Positions 27,754-37,901 of a DNA stretch of 64,000 nucleotides are shown here, piece after piece. Numbering within the stretch: the stretch's first letter is position 1; the number at the start of each line of letters is the position of its first letter. The notes below the pieces were generated by a model, which had not been told where the DNA came from, did not search any database, and was given only the letters and a program-made list of their open reading frames with translations. Location of the stretch: positions 449,270 through 513,269 of the forward strand of contig JAFWYG010000005.1 of NCBI GenBank assembly GCA_017522765.1, in the 5' to 3' direction. The position numbers were made by a program, and so were the translations under genes. The DNA comes from Clostridia bacterium. GTDB lineage: Bacteria; Bacillota; Clostridia; TANB77; UBA1234.

Positions 27754-29343
27754 TTATTTCTTAGCAGCTTTTATTAATCCTACAAATAGTGGAGCCGGTT
27801 CATCTGGTCTTGATTTGAATTCTGGATGGAATTGTGATGCAATAAAGAAAGGATGTCCTTTTAACTCTACTATTTCCACTAATGAACCATCTGGAGATGT
27901 ACCGCTGCATACTAATCCTGCACTTTCAATCTTTTCCCTATATTCATTGTTGTATTCGTATCTATGTCTATGTCTTTCAAAAATGTTTTTCTTTCCATAT
28001 AATTTACTAGCAAGTGTTTTTTCTTCAAGCACACATTCGTATGCTCCTAACCTCATTGTTCCACCTTTTTTATAAATATGTTTTTGTTCTTCCATTATAT
28101 GAATTACAGGATGAGGTGTATCAGCACTAAACTCTATCGAATTTGCATCGTCTAGTTTTAATACATTTCTAGCAAACTCTACAACTGCCATTTGCATTCC
28201 TAAACATATTCCTAGGAACGGAATATTGTTTTCTCTTGCATATCTTATCGCTTCAATTTTTCCTTCAATTCCTCTTCCGCCAAAACCTCCTGGTACAATT
28301 AATGTATCCACATCTTCAAGAGCTTCTGCAACATTTTGTGCATTCACCGTTTCAGAATCTATCAATTTAATATGTGTATCTACTCCATTTACATATCCAG
28401 CATGTTTCACACTTTCAATTACAGATATGTACGAGTCTTCTAATTGAATATATTTTCCAACTATTCCAACTACAACTTGAGAATCTTTAGGTGCCTTAAT
28501 ATTAGCAACCATACTTTCCCACGCTTCATTATCTGGTTCCTCTTTTTCTAATCTTAAATGATGACACACTTCTTTAGCTAAACCTTCTTTTTCCAGAGCT
28601 AATGGTATCTCATAAAGATTACCAACTGTCATATTTTGAATAACGCTTGTCTTTCTTACATTACAAAACATAGCAAGTTTGTCTTTCATAGAATCAGATA
28701 TTTCAGTTTCTGTTCTACATACAATTATATCCGGCTTTATTCCTAAGCTTTGCAATTCCTTTACAGAATGTTGTGTAGGTTTTGTTTTTACTTCATTAGA
28801 ACCATATATATAAGGAAGTAATGTAACATGAATATATATAACATCTTCAGCAGGATTTTCTAATCCTATTTGTCTAATAGCTTCCAAAATAGAAAGACCT
28901 TCAATATCTCCGACAGTTCCTCCTATTTCAGTTATTAATATGTCTGTGCCTTTATCTTTGAAGCTATATATTTTTTCTTTTATTTCATTTGTTATATGAG
29001 GAATAACTTGTACTGTTTTTCCAAGATAGTCTCCACGTCTTTCTTTTTCAATTACATTATTATAAACTTGTCCCATTGACATGCTAGAATTGGCAGTTAA
29101 GTTTTCATTTATAAATCTTTCATAATGACCCAAATCCAAATCTGTTTCAGCGCCATCTTCTGTTACAAAAACTTCACCATGTTCAAAAGGACTCATTGTT
29201 CCTGGATCTACATTTATATAAGGATCAAACTTTTGAATAGAAACTTTGTATCCTCTATTTTTTAGCAACCTTCCAAGCGAAGCCGCTGTAATTCCTTTAC
29301 CTAATCCTGATACTACGCCTCCTGTTACAAACACAAATTTCAT
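27754..29343 (-). CDS. pyrG: CTP synthase
   Basis: The start at [17 protein letters not shown] (ATG 29343) follows GGGAGG. The ORF-track N-terminal extension to 29454 is spurious. The GATase domain has GICLGMQ. Confidence 0.95.
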   Translation of the reverse strand: MKFVFVTGGVVSGLGKGITAASLGRLLKNRGYKVSIQKFDPYINVDPGTMSPFEHGEVFVTEDGAETDLDLGHYERFINENLTANSSMSMGQVYNNVIEKERRGDYLGKTVQVIPHITNEIKEKIYSFKDKGTDILITEIGGTVGDIEGLSILEAIRQIGLENPAEDVIYIHVTLLPYIYGSNEVKTKPTQHSVKELQSLGIKPDIIVCRTETEISDSMKDKLAMFCNVRKTSVIQNMTVGNLYEIPLALEKEGLAKEVCHHLRLEKEEPDNEAWESMVANIKAPKDSQVVVGIVGKYIQLEDSYISVIESVKHAGYVNGVDTHIKLIDSETVNAQNVAEALEDVDTLIVPGGFGGRGIEGKIEAIRYARENNIPFLGICLGMQMAVVEFARNVLKLDDANSIEFSADTPHPVIHIMEEQKHIYKKGGTMRLGAYECVLEEKTLASKLYGKKNIFERHRHRYEYNNEYREKIESAGLVCSGTSPDGSLVEIVELKGHPFFIASQFHPEFKSRPDEPAPLFVGLIKAAKK

Positions 29344-29380
29344 TTTACTATTACCTCCCACCAAATAATCAAATAAAAAA

Positions 29381-29429
29381 ATAGACTTAAAAATCGCGCC
29401 CGCTTTTAGGGTGTTTTTTTTAAGTCTAT
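29381..29429 (-). terminator. Leader terminator/attenuator upstream of pyrG
   Basis: 13-bp perfect stem ATAGACTTAAAAA/TTTTTAAGTCTAT encloses a GC-rich 22-nt loop. A T-run follows on the minus strand, about 40 nt before the pyrG start. Confidence 0.5.
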
Positions 29430-29463
29430 CATATACTAAATATGATACCAGCAATTTAGTATT

Positions 29464-30753
29464 TTAGCAAGCATATTTCTTCACTAATTTTATATAGTGA
29501 TGTGCATTGCTTGGTATTAATGCATACTTCACAAATGCATTAATATTCGTTTTTGATAAAGATTGTACTTTTTGAGGAAGATTATTATATTTATGTGCGA
29601 TGTGATTTCTAACCTCATCAGATACCAATTTAATTTCTATAACCTCATCTACAATATATTGCATTGCATATTCCATCTTCTGTCTAATTTCAATTTCTTC
29701 AACGCTTTCATAAGGAATTTCATTTAAACAGTCTTTGTAATAATTCCACATTGATGTATCTTCGTTATCTAATGCCCATAAAGCTGAACCTAAGATATCA
29801 TACTCATTAATTAATGCAAGTTTCTCTTTTATACTTCTTTCATTTTCATACCAGATATTATATGTGCCAGCATCTAAGTATCTGCCATTTACGTATGGAC
29901 CTCTTTGTCCTTCTTTTACTTTAACTTGCATCATCGGAGTACCTTCCTTTTCAATATAGTTAGGTACAACTTTAAACTGTTTGATAATTCTTGGTGCTTG
30001 CGCATTGATAATTGCTTCTCCTCCAGTAGGTGCTCCCACCTCCCAAAAACGACCATACATTGGTAAACCTAAAACAATTTTATCTTTAGAAACAACTTCT
30101 AAAATTGATGTTAAAGATTTTTCAACATAATCGATGCTTGCTACAGGACCTTCAGCCCCACCGTAGCAATGTTCATCATATGCCATAACAACTAAATAAT
30201 CTGCGTGCTTTGCAAGATTCTCATAATCATATGCTGCAAGCCACGTATTAGTTGTCTTTTCCGGATTAGGTGCCACAGCTATAGAAACTGTTTTTTCTTC
30301 TGGCATAGCTTCTCTTAATTTTCTCATAAATTCCGTTAAGCTATCTTTGTCACTTGCCTTTAAATTTTCCAAGTCAACATTAACACCATCGAAATCATAT
30401 TTCTCGATAGCAGCAATAATTTCAGGAATTAAAACATCCGCATTCTTAAGAGCTGCTTGAGCACGTTTTTGTCCCCAATGATTACTTAAGAATGGAGTTA
30501 CTTTAATACCTTGTTCATGCATGTTACTAACAAAGTGCTCATCCATAATTTCTTTAACATCTAAATGACCTTTCATAGTCAGATCAAAACATGTTGGGGA
30601 AACTACATTAACACCACCTTGTGTAGCTGCAACTATTTCTGTATGAGATTTTGATGTGCTATAAATATAGCCTAAACTCACACGTTCAGCAGCAGATACA
30701 CATGATCCAGATAAAGCTACAACCATAATTCCAGCAACAACTATTTTTCTCAT
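29464..30753 (-). CDS. Secreted glycoside hydrolase family 18 protein (chitinase/YaaH-YdhD-like)
   Basis: 429 aa with a signal peptide, GH18 catalytic motif FDGVNVDLE and an extra C-terminal domain of about 90 aa. Confidence 0.8.
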   Translation of the reverse strand: MRKIVVAGIMVVALSGSCVSAAERVSLGYIYSTSKSHTEIVAATQGGVNVVSPTCFDLTMKGHLDVKEIMDEHFVSNMHEQGIKVTPFLSNHWGQKRAQAALKNADVLIPEIIAAIEKYDFDGVNVDLENLKASDKDSLTEFMRKLREAMPEEKTVSIAVAPNPEKTTNTWLAAYDYENLAKHADYLVVMAYDEHCYGGAEGPVASIDYVEKSLTSILEVVSKDKIVLGLPMYGRFWEVGAPTGGEAIINAQAPRIIKQFKVVPNYIEKEGTPMMQVKVKEGQRGPYVNGRYLDAGTYNIWYENERSIKEKLALINEYDILGSALWALDNEDTSMWNYYKDCLNEIPYESVEEIEIRQKMEYAMQYIVDEVIEIKLVSDEVRNHIAHKYNNLPQKVQSLSKTNINAFVKYALIPSNAHHYIKLVKKYAC

Positions 30754-31001
30754 ACAAAATCACCTCTTTTTGTTTTAAAAATTTTATCAATGTGTACATA
30801 ATTATAATAACAATTTCTTGTTATATATTAATTTTACCATGAGTTTTTTCGCAAAAACAAGCCAAAAATCCCCAAAAGTCCGCATATTGCAGTATCCCTA
30901 GAAAAGAAAATTTTTCCTTTCTTCCTATTTTATGTAAAGTGTTTTCGTATTCAAAATCTGTCAACTTCTTATTTCCCTAAGGTTATTGCCTGTTTTTGCC
31001 A

Positions 31002-31031
31002 TTGACTTTTCAAAGTGAACCTGTGTATAAT
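31002..31031 (+). promoter_or_regulatory. Sigma-A type promoter of the FtsH-like gene
   Basis: TTGACT-18 nt-TATAAT with TGTG immediately upstream of the -10, about 50 nt before AAGGAGG and the ATG. Confidence 0.6.
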
Positions 31032-31084
31032 AAAAGCCGCTGAATAGCATATTTTTATCCCAGCATAAAGGAGGTATTCCGTTT

Positions 31085-32524
31085 ATGAAACAAACTCTTG
31101 TCAAATCTGTGAAAGACGCGCAACTCAAGTCCAAAATCGCATTTCTGCAGAAGCACTACATTCGCATTACGCTTCCGCAAGACATCGGCAAAAAAATTTC
31201 TGAAATCATCGGCATGGAAAGTGAAAGAGAGGAATTGGGGGACGCGCTCGAATTCCTGAAGCACCTCAAGCAGTATCAGCTTGACCCTGTTCATGCACCT
31301 CATTCCCGCTTCCTTATGTCTGGCGCCTCTGGCTCTGGCAAAACCGTTCTTGTTGCAGGTATCGCTAAAGAAGCAAATTGTCCTCTTATTACTGTGGACA
31401 TCTCAACTTCTTTCGTTTCTTACTTCAAGAAATCTGAAAAGTTGCTCAATGCACTTTTCTTTGTTGCAAGCTCCTTCAAAAAGGGCTGTGTAATGCACAT
31501 TCAGAACCTCAGCGCACTGCAGGGAATTCCTGCTGAACGGCTCATGCTTTTCCATAGTCAGTTGACTCAGAAAATCACAGAATCCACAAACACTGTCATC
31601 GTTCTGTCTACCATTGAGGATAGAATTGCACTTCCCAAAGCGTACTTCTCTCCTAATGCGTTCTATCAGAACAAGGTTATACAAATCATGCCTCCGACTC
31701 TGCCTACCAGAAAGGCCCTGTTCGAAGAGTATTTCAAGAAATTTGATGCAAATTTGGCGCCGGATGTCTCTTCTGAGAGACTGGCAAGATGTACCCTTGG
31801 AATGTATCCCAAGGACATTGAATTCATCGTTCGCGAAACCATTCACTACTCCAGACGAAAACATCATGAAGAAGTTTCTTCTAAAGACTTCAATGATGTT
31901 ATGCTTGCCATGGAGGCTGGTCAGACCTACAACCAAATGAATGAAAAGGAACGTCGTTCCACCGCAATTCACGAGGCTGGTCACGTCATCGCAGCATACT
32001 ATTCTAATCCTGACTATATTCTTGGTCGAGTCGAAATTACGCCTCGTGCGGCATCTCTCGGTCTCACTCAGGAAGAAGCCGGCGAAGAGAAATTCTCTAT
32101 GTTCGAAAGCGACTGCCGCAAGCAAATTATCTACTCCTTTGGTGGCATGGCTGCCGAAGAACACAAATACGGCGAAACGACTTCTGGCGTAACCGCTGAC
32201 CTTTCTTCCGCATCTGCTCTGGCTTTGATGATGTTCCAGAATTTCGGTATGGATTCCGATATCGGTCCTATTGCCATCGATGATGATTACGGCTTCTGCT
32301 CTGAAGATATTTTCAAGAGAACTGAGACTGTTGCTCGCGAGTACCTCAAGAGGGTTTACGCCGAGACACTCGAAATCATCAAGATTCATTCTCTTGCGCT
32401 TGAAGCTCTTGCAGAAGGCCTACTCGAACATGAAGTCCTCATGGGCGATGAAATCAAAAAAATCCTCGTATCTGCAGAACCCTGGGCAAAGAAGCCTGGC
32501 TGCGAATCCGAAGACAAGAAATAA
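31085..32524 (+). CDS. Soluble FtsH-like protein: degenerate AAA+ module fused to an intact M41 zinc-peptidase domain, with no TM segments
   Basis: 479 aa. Walker A is GASGSGKT (aa 80-87). The Walker B position reads VMHIQN instead of IIFIDE (QN at 31502-31507). The SRH arginines are absent. HEAGH is intact (31970-31984), as is GGMAAEE. GC is about 45-50%. Confidence 0.7.
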   Translation: MKQTLVKSVKDAQLKSKIAFLQKHYIRITLPQDIGKKISEIIGMESEREELGDALEFLKHLKQYQLDPVHAPHSRFLMSGASGSGKTVLVAGIAKEANCPLITVDISTSFVSYFKKSEKLLNALFFVASSFKKGCVMHIQNLSALQGIPAERLMLFHSQLTQKITESTNTVIVLSTIEDRIALPKAYFSPNAFYQNKVIQIMPPTLPTRKALFEEYFKKFDANLAPDVSSERLARCTLGMYPKDIEFIVRETIHYSRRKHHEEVSSKDFNDVMLAMEAGQTYNQMNEKERRSTAIHEAGHVIAAYYSNPDYILGRVEITPRAASLGLTQEEAGEEKFSMFESDCRKQIIYSFGGMAAEEHKYGETTSGVTADLSSASALALMMFQNFGMDSDIGPIAIDDDYGFCSEDIFKRTETVAREYLKRVYAETLEIIKIHSLALEALAEGLLEHEVLMGDEIKKILVSAEPWAKKPGCESEDKK

Positions 32525-32539
32525 CCACTCATATTTTAA

Positions 32540-32571
32540 ATGCAGTGTACCTTTTGGTGCACTGCATTTTT
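32540..32571 (+). terminator. Intrinsic terminator after the FtsH-like gene
   Basis: Stem ATGCAGTGTAC/GTGCACTGCAT has one mismatch and is followed by TTTTT. Confidence 0.7.
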
Positions 32572-32656
32572 CTTTTTAAATAACGTCCAATGGGTGTCCC
32601 CGTTGGACGCAAAACAAAAGACCACTCTAAAAAGAATGGTCTTTCTTATTTACAAC

Positions 32657-33265
32657 TTATTCTTCATCCCATGTTTTTGCTGTTAATAAAGATTCAGCAA
32701 TTACATCAGAAATAAGTTCTTTATTAAATTTGGTTTCTGAAGAAAATGCAAATATTAAATCCTCTGCAACATCTAATTCTTTTGCAATATCATCCACATA
32801 AGATTGTACCTTTGTTTTTGCAATCTTATCAGCTTTTGAAGTTACAACAATGTATCTGTTGCCAGTACTCTTTATAAACTCCATCATCATCTTATCATTT
32901 TCAGATGGTTTATGTCTGATATCCACTAACAAAATTATTAAATTAATATTTTTAGAATTCTTCAAAAAAGTCTCAATCGCAGGCCCAAGTTTTTGTTGTT
33001 CTGCTTTAGACATTTTTGAATATCCGTATCCTGGCAAATCTACAAAATAGAAAATATCATCCATGTTGTAAAAGTTGATTTGTCTAGTCTTTCCAGGCTC
33101 ACTACTTGTTCTAGCTAAAGACTTTCTGTTGATCAAGCAATTAACAAATGACGATTTTCCCACATTTGATTTACCTGCCAAAACTATTTGTGGCATTCTA
33201 TTTTTAGGATATTGAGATTTATTCATTACAGATATTTCAAACTTTGGATTTTTTATTTGTAACAT
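32657..33265 (-). CDS. engB: Ribosome biogenesis GTPase EngB/YsxC (YihA)
   Basis: 202 aa with G1 GKSNVGKSS, G3 DLPGYG and G4 SKADK. Confidence 0.9.
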   Translation of the reverse strand: MLQIKNPKFEISVMNKSQYPKNRMPQIVLAGKSNVGKSSFVNCLINRKSLARTSSEPGKTRQINFYNMDDIFYFVDLPGYGYSKMSKAEQQKLGPAIETFLKNSKNINLIILLVDIRHKPSENDKMMMEFIKSTGNRYIVVTSKADKIAKTKVQSYVDDIAKELDVAEDLIFAFSSETKFNKELISDVIAESLLTAKTWDEE

Positions 33266-33289
33266 TTCTTACACCTCTTCTAAATTTAA

Positions 33290-35437
33290 TTATACACCTT
33301 TCATTGATAATGAAACTTTTTTCTTTTCTAAATCTACTTTAATAACTCTTACCTTTACAATATCGCCAACAGCAACTACATCCATTGGATTCTTTACAAA
33401 CTTTTCACTAAGTTCAGATATATGAACAAGTCCGTCACTCTTAACTCCGATATCTACAAACGCACCAAAGTCAATAACATTACGAACTGTACCTGTTAAT
33501 ATCATTCCTTCTTGTAAATCTTCCATCTTTAATACGTCACTTCTTAAAATTGGTTTAGGCATATCTTCTCTTGGATCTCTACCTGGTTTTTGTAATTCCT
33601 TAATAATGTCTTTTACAGTTGGTACACCAATTTCTAATTCTTTAGCAATTTTTTCAACATCAAGTGTTGCAAGTTTTGCTTTAACTTCGCCTAATTTTTC
33701 TTTTATATCTTTCACTTCATATCCAGCGATATTCAAAATCTTTTCGGCTGCTTCATAACTTTCTGGGTGAACAGAAGTATTGTCTAATGGATTCTTTCCA
33801 TCTAATATTCTTAAGAAACCAGCACATTGTGTAAACGCAACCGGACCTAATTTAGAAACTTTTAAAAGTTCTTTTCTATCTTTAATCTTTCCATGTTCAT
33901 CTCTATACTTAACAATGTTATTAGCTAAAGTTTTATTAATACCTGAAACATATTTTAATAGTGATGGGGTTGCAGTATTTAAATCAACACCTATGCTATT
34001 AACTGCATCTTCAACAACACCCGTTAAACTTTCATCAAGTCTAGTTTGGTTAACATCATGTTGATATTGACCAACACCAATGCTCTTAGGATCAATCTTA
34101 ACAAGCTCTGCAAGTGGATCTTGCAATCTTCTTGCTATAGAAATCGCACCTCTTAAAGATACATTAATATCTGGATATTCTTCAGTAGCAAGTTTTGATG
34201 CTGAATAAACAGATGCACCAGCTTCACTTACCATTGCATAATAAATATCATGTTTAACTTCTTTAATCATATCAGAAACAAACATTTCAGATTCTCTTGA
34301 AGCCGTTCCATTACCAATTGCAATCATATTGATAGTATACTTATTAATTAACTCTAATAATTTTTTCTTTGCACCATCAACATCATTTTGTGGTTCTGTC
34401 GGATATACAGTTGTTGTATCTAAAAGTTTTCCAGTTTCATCTATAACAGCAATTTTACAACCAGTTCTATAAGCAGGGTCAAATCCCATAACTGTTAATC
34501 CTTTTAGAGGTGGTTGTAATAATAACTTTTTCGCATTTTGACCAAATACTTTAATAGCTTGTTCTTCAGCCACTCCAGTTAAATCATTTCTAACTTCATT
34601 TTCAACAGATGGTTTGATAAGTCTTTTATAAGCATCGGCAATCACATCCGCTAAGATTTCTACATAAGGACTGTCTTCGATAATTACTTCATTGTTTAGA
34701 TAAGCTAAAATTTCATCATCAGTTTCCTCAATTTTTACTTTTAAGAATTCTTCTTTTTCTCCTCTGTTCATAGCAAGTATTCTATGACTAGGAATCTTGT
34801 TTACAGCTTCACTATAATCATAATACATTTCATAAACAGATTTTTCATCTTTGGCAGCTTTAGAAGAAATCATACCTTTTCTATAAATGATATTTCTAAT
34901 TTCTTTTCTATAATCAGCAACATCTGAAATCATTTCAGCAACAATATCTTTTGCACCTTGTATTGCTTCTTCTGCAGTAGCAACACCTTTCTCTTCATCA
35001 ATATATTTGCTAGCTTCTATTTCAATATCAACTTTTTCGGTTTGTTCCCAAAAGATAATCGCAAGAGGTTCTAGACCTTTTTCTTTAGCAATAGTCGCTC
35101 TTGTTCTCTTCTTTTGTTTGTATGGTCTATACAAATCTTCCACTTCAGTCATTGTTTCTGAAGCAATAATTTTAGCTTGAAGTTCTTCATCTAATTTTCC
35201 TTGTTCATCAATCAAACGAATTACTTCTTCTTTTCTCTTATCTAAGTTTCTTAAATAAGTAAGTCTTTCAAACAAATCACGTAATTGTTCGTCAGACATT
35301 TCACCTGTTGCTTCTTTTCTATATCTCGCAATGAAAGGAATTGTATTTCCTTCATCAATTAATTTAATTGCATTTTCAACTTGAAATGGTTTTAGCTTAA
35401 ATTCTTTTACTAATCTTTCTTCAATAGTAATCATCAT
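33290..35437 (-). CDS. tex: Tex-like transcription accessory protein (YqgF, HhH and S1 domains)
   Basis: 715 aa with the N-terminal Tex domain (IPFIARYRKE) and a C-terminal S1 domain. Confidence 0.9.
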   Translation of the reverse strand: MMITIEERLVKEFKLKPFQVENAIKLIDEGNTIPFIARYRKEATGEMSDEQLRDLFERLTYLRNLDKRKEEVIRLIDEQGKLDEELQAKIIASETMTEVEDLYRPYKQKKRTRATIAKEKGLEPLAIIFWEQTEKVDIEIEASKYIDEEKGVATAEEAIQGAKDIVAEMISDVADYRKEIRNIIYRKGMISSKAAKDEKSVYEMYYDYSEAVNKIPSHRILAMNRGEKEEFLKVKIEETDDEILAYLNNEVIIEDSPYVEILADVIADAYKRLIKPSVENEVRNDLTGVAEEQAIKVFGQNAKKLLLQPPLKGLTVMGFDPAYRTGCKIAVIDETGKLLDTTTVYPTEPQNDVDGAKKKLLELINKYTINMIAIGNGTASRESEMFVSDMIKEVKHDIYYAMVSEAGASVYSASKLATEEYPDINVSLRGAISIARRLQDPLAELVKIDPKSIGVGQYQHDVNQTRLDESLTGVVEDAVNSIGVDLNTATPSLLKYVSGINKTLANNIVKYRDEHGKIKDRKELLKVSKLGPVAFTQCAGFLRILDGKNPLDNTSVHPESYEAAEKILNIAGYEVKDIKEKLGEVKAKLATLDVEKIAKELEIGVPTVKDIIKELQKPGRDPREDMPKPILRSDVLKMEDLQEGMILTGTVRNVIDFGAFVDIGVKSDGLVHISELSEKFVKNPMDVVAVGDIVKVRVIKVDLEKKKVSLSMKGV

Positions 35438-35480
35438 TTTCTCCTTATAAAAATCTTTCTTTTTCTTCTGCTAAATAATT

Positions 35481-35936
35481 CTACAAAATCTTACCATCAA
35501 CACATTCTAATATAATCGTAACTGGTCCCATATTAGTAAATGTAATTTCCATCATTGCTCCAAACGAACCTGTAGCAACTGGCACACCAGTTTTTTTGCA
35601 ACACTCTATAAAATATTCATAAAGTTCAGTCGCTTGTTCTGGTCTTGCAGCATTTATGAAACTTGGTCTATTTCCATGATGTGAATCTGCATATAAAGTA
35701 AATTGAGAAACAATATGTAATGAACCTTGCACATCCATAACAGATAAATTCATCTTTTCATTTTCATCCTCAAATACTCTCAACTTAGAAATTTTTTCAG
35801 CAAGAACTTCTGCTTCTTTTTTAGTATCATCATGAGTAACTCCTAATAATACTAAAAAACCTTTATCTATACTAGAATATTCTTTTCCATCTATAACTAG
35901 TTTTGAATCTTGTACTCTTTGAACTACAGCTTTCAT
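35481..35936 (-). CDS. dtd: D-aminoacyl-tRNA deacylase
   Basis: 151 aa with MKAVVQRV... SQFTLYAD ... GPVT. Confidence 0.9.
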   Translation of the reverse strand: MKAVVQRVQDSKLVIDGKEYSSIDKGFLVLLGVTHDDTKKEAEVLAEKISKLRVFEDENEKMNLSVMDVQGSLHIVSQFTLYADSHHGNRPSFINAARPEQATELYEYFIECCKKTGVPVATGSFGAMMEITFTNMGPVTIILECVDGKIL

Positions 35937-35981
35937 TTCATTCTCCTCTTTTAATTTTTTTGCCCTTATTAGTATACACTA

Positions 35982-36686
35982 TTAAAAGATATTTTTTAAT
36001 CCTAAAATATTATCTAGTTCATAAGTTTTTGGTTTAGTATTTGCAATTTTTTCATCCTCTAAAGCCCAAGTATCTGCACTCGGAATATATACTGTATTAA
36101 ATCCAGCAAGCTTTGCCTCATTAATATCTCCTTTAGGACTGTTTCCAATCATAAAGCAATCTTTAGAACTTAATTTACAAGATGTTAATATATCTTCATA
36201 ATCTGATTTTTCTTTATGTTTAACTATGTAATAATCATCAAAATATTTTTTAATAGGCAATTTATTAACTCTATCTTTTTGAACTTTTTGAGATCCTTTT
36301 GTTAAGATATGTAAGTTATAACCTTTTTCATATAGGTACTTAATTGTCTCTTCGGCACCTTCAATAAGTTCTATAGGATGATTATATAAAATTTTCGTTT
36401 CATTTTCTATAAACTCTGCTAAGTTATCCTTAAAGAAATCATATCCTATAAGTCTGCTACCCGCTTGCATTAGCGAGTATTTAAAATTATCTGGTCCATA
36501 TCCATGTTCAGCTATATTTTCCATTTGTATTTCATCAAACAACTCTTTAATTTCTTTTAAGGAGTAATCTAAATCGTACTCTAAAAACTTATATGCAACA
36601 GTATCCATGATGTCATAAAAATACCCAGAGCATTTAATAAGAGTATCGTCTAAATCGAAAAATAAATGTTTTTTGCTCATAGTCAT
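35982..36686 (-). CDS. HAD superfamily hydrolase
   Basis: 234 aa with motif I FDLDDTL and motif IV GNSPKGDI. Confidence 0.75.
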   Translation of the reverse strand: MTMSKKHLFFDLDDTLIKCSGYFYDIMDTVAYKFLEYDLDYSLKEIKELFDEIQMENIAEHGYGPDNFKYSLMQAGSRLIGYDFFKDNLAEFIENETKILYNHPIELIEGAEETIKYLYEKGYNLHILTKGSQKVQKDRVNKLPIKKYFDDYYIVKHKEKSDYEDILTSCKLSSKDCFMIGNSPKGDINEAKLAGFNTVYIPSADTWALEDEKIANTKPKTYELDNILGLKNIF

Positions 36687-36770
36687 TCCTCCTTATATGT
36701 AAAAAATCGGCACACAAGAATAATTCTCTTGAGTGCCTTAATTAAAAACTTTTCTCAATGTAAAAGTATT

Positions 36771-37079
36771 TTACTTTTTATATTTGTTTTCAAATACTTT
36801 CTTTATTATTCCTCTTCTAGTCTCTATTTCGTCTACGATTAGAAGTAAAGGAAGATTAATAGCTAGCATTATAAAATCCACTGCTGCATTTATTTTTAAT
36901 ACTTCTTTGCCTAACGCATCTTTTAACGCTACGTGTACAATAAGCATCGTCAAAGCCACTATTGCAGATGTCATCGCAAACCATGCATTTTTCTTAACAT
37001 AGCTTAGCACGCCCATCGTTATAAAAAACACTAACATAAAAATTAATACTACCGGATTTGTATAATCAACTATTATCAC
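36771..37079 (-). CDS. Small 3-TM membrane protein of unknown function
   Basis: 102 aa with three hydrophobic segments and a basic C-terminus. Confidence 0.5.
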   Translation of the reverse strand: MIIVDYTNPVVLIFMLVFFITMGVLSYVKKNAWFAMTSAIVALTMLIVHVALKDALGKEVLKINAAVDFIMLAINLPLLLIVDEIETRRGIIKKVFENKYKK

Positions 37080-37090
37080 GTTTTTTACTC

Positions 37091-37822
37091 CTATTCTTCT
37101 TCATCCCAGTTGTGCCATACAGCTTGAACATCATCTAAATCTTCTAAATTATCAATGATTAAGTTCATCTTTCTAGCACTTTCTGCATCTAATTTAACAT
37201 AGTTTTGTGGAATCATTTTTAATTCAGCTTCTAAGTATGCAATACCTTTACCTTCAAGATATTCTCTTACAGCTGTAAAATCTGCTGGTGCAGTTGTAAT
37301 TTCGTAAAACTCTTCATCAGCTTCAAAGTTTTCAGCACCCGCTTCAATAACTTCTAACATTAAATCATCTTCTGAAAGTGATGTTGCAGATTTTTCAATA
37401 ATAATTATACCTTTTTTATCGAACATCCATGCAACAGCGCCTGAAGCACCAAGGTTACCACCGAATTTATCAAACATATGTCTTACGTCTGATGCAGTTC
37501 TATTTCTGTTATCTGTCATAGCTTCAACCATAACAGCTACACCATTTGGTCCATATCCTTCATAAACAATATCTTCATAATTAGCAGCGCTTGAATCTCC
37601 TGCAGCTTTTTTAATACTTCTTTCTATATTATCATTAGGCATGTTATTTGCCTTACATTTTGCAATTACATCCTTAAGTTTAGAATTTGATGCAGGATCA
37701 GGGCCACCTTCTTTAACTGCAACTAATATTTCTCTTCCTAATTTTGTGAAAATTTTTCCTTTTTGAGCGTCTGTCTTACTTTTTTTCGCTTGAATATTAT
37801 GCCATTTGCTGTGTCCTGACAT
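37091..37822 (-). CDS. yebC: YebC/PmpR family DNA-binding regulator
   Basis: 243 aa starting [14 protein letters not shown]. Confidence 0.9.
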   Translation of the reverse strand: MSGHSKWHNIQAKKSKTDAQKGKIFTKLGREILVAVKEGGPDPASNSKLKDVIAKCKANNMPNDNIERSIKKAAGDSSAANYEDIVYEGYGPNGVAVMVEAMTDNRNRTASDVRHMFDKFGGNLGASGAVAWMFDKKGIIIIEKSATSLSEDDLMLEVIEAGAENFEADEEFYEITTAPADFTAVREYLEGKGIAYLEAELKMIPQNYVKLDAESARKMNLIIDNLEDLDDVQAVWHNWDEEE

Positions 37823-37901
37823 TTTAATTCCTCCCTTTCTTTGATTTCTTTGCCTATTTTATCATAGTTATAGGCTTTTTGGTAGTGTTTTTTGCTTATT
37901 T

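Noticed and set aside
29344-29454. 37-codon N-terminal extension of pyrG in the ORF track
   Set aside because: The conserved start MKFVFVTGG follows GGGAGG at 29343, and the extension covers the leader terminator hairpin.
31403-32389. 328-aa ORF on the minus strand, the longest unannotated ORF in the window
   Set aside because: It is fully antisense to the FtsH-like gene, whose frame has clear Walker A and HEXXH homology. The antisense translation is Arg/Phe/Cys-rich with no motif. It has no RBS, and long antisense frames are expected in locally GC-richer DNA.
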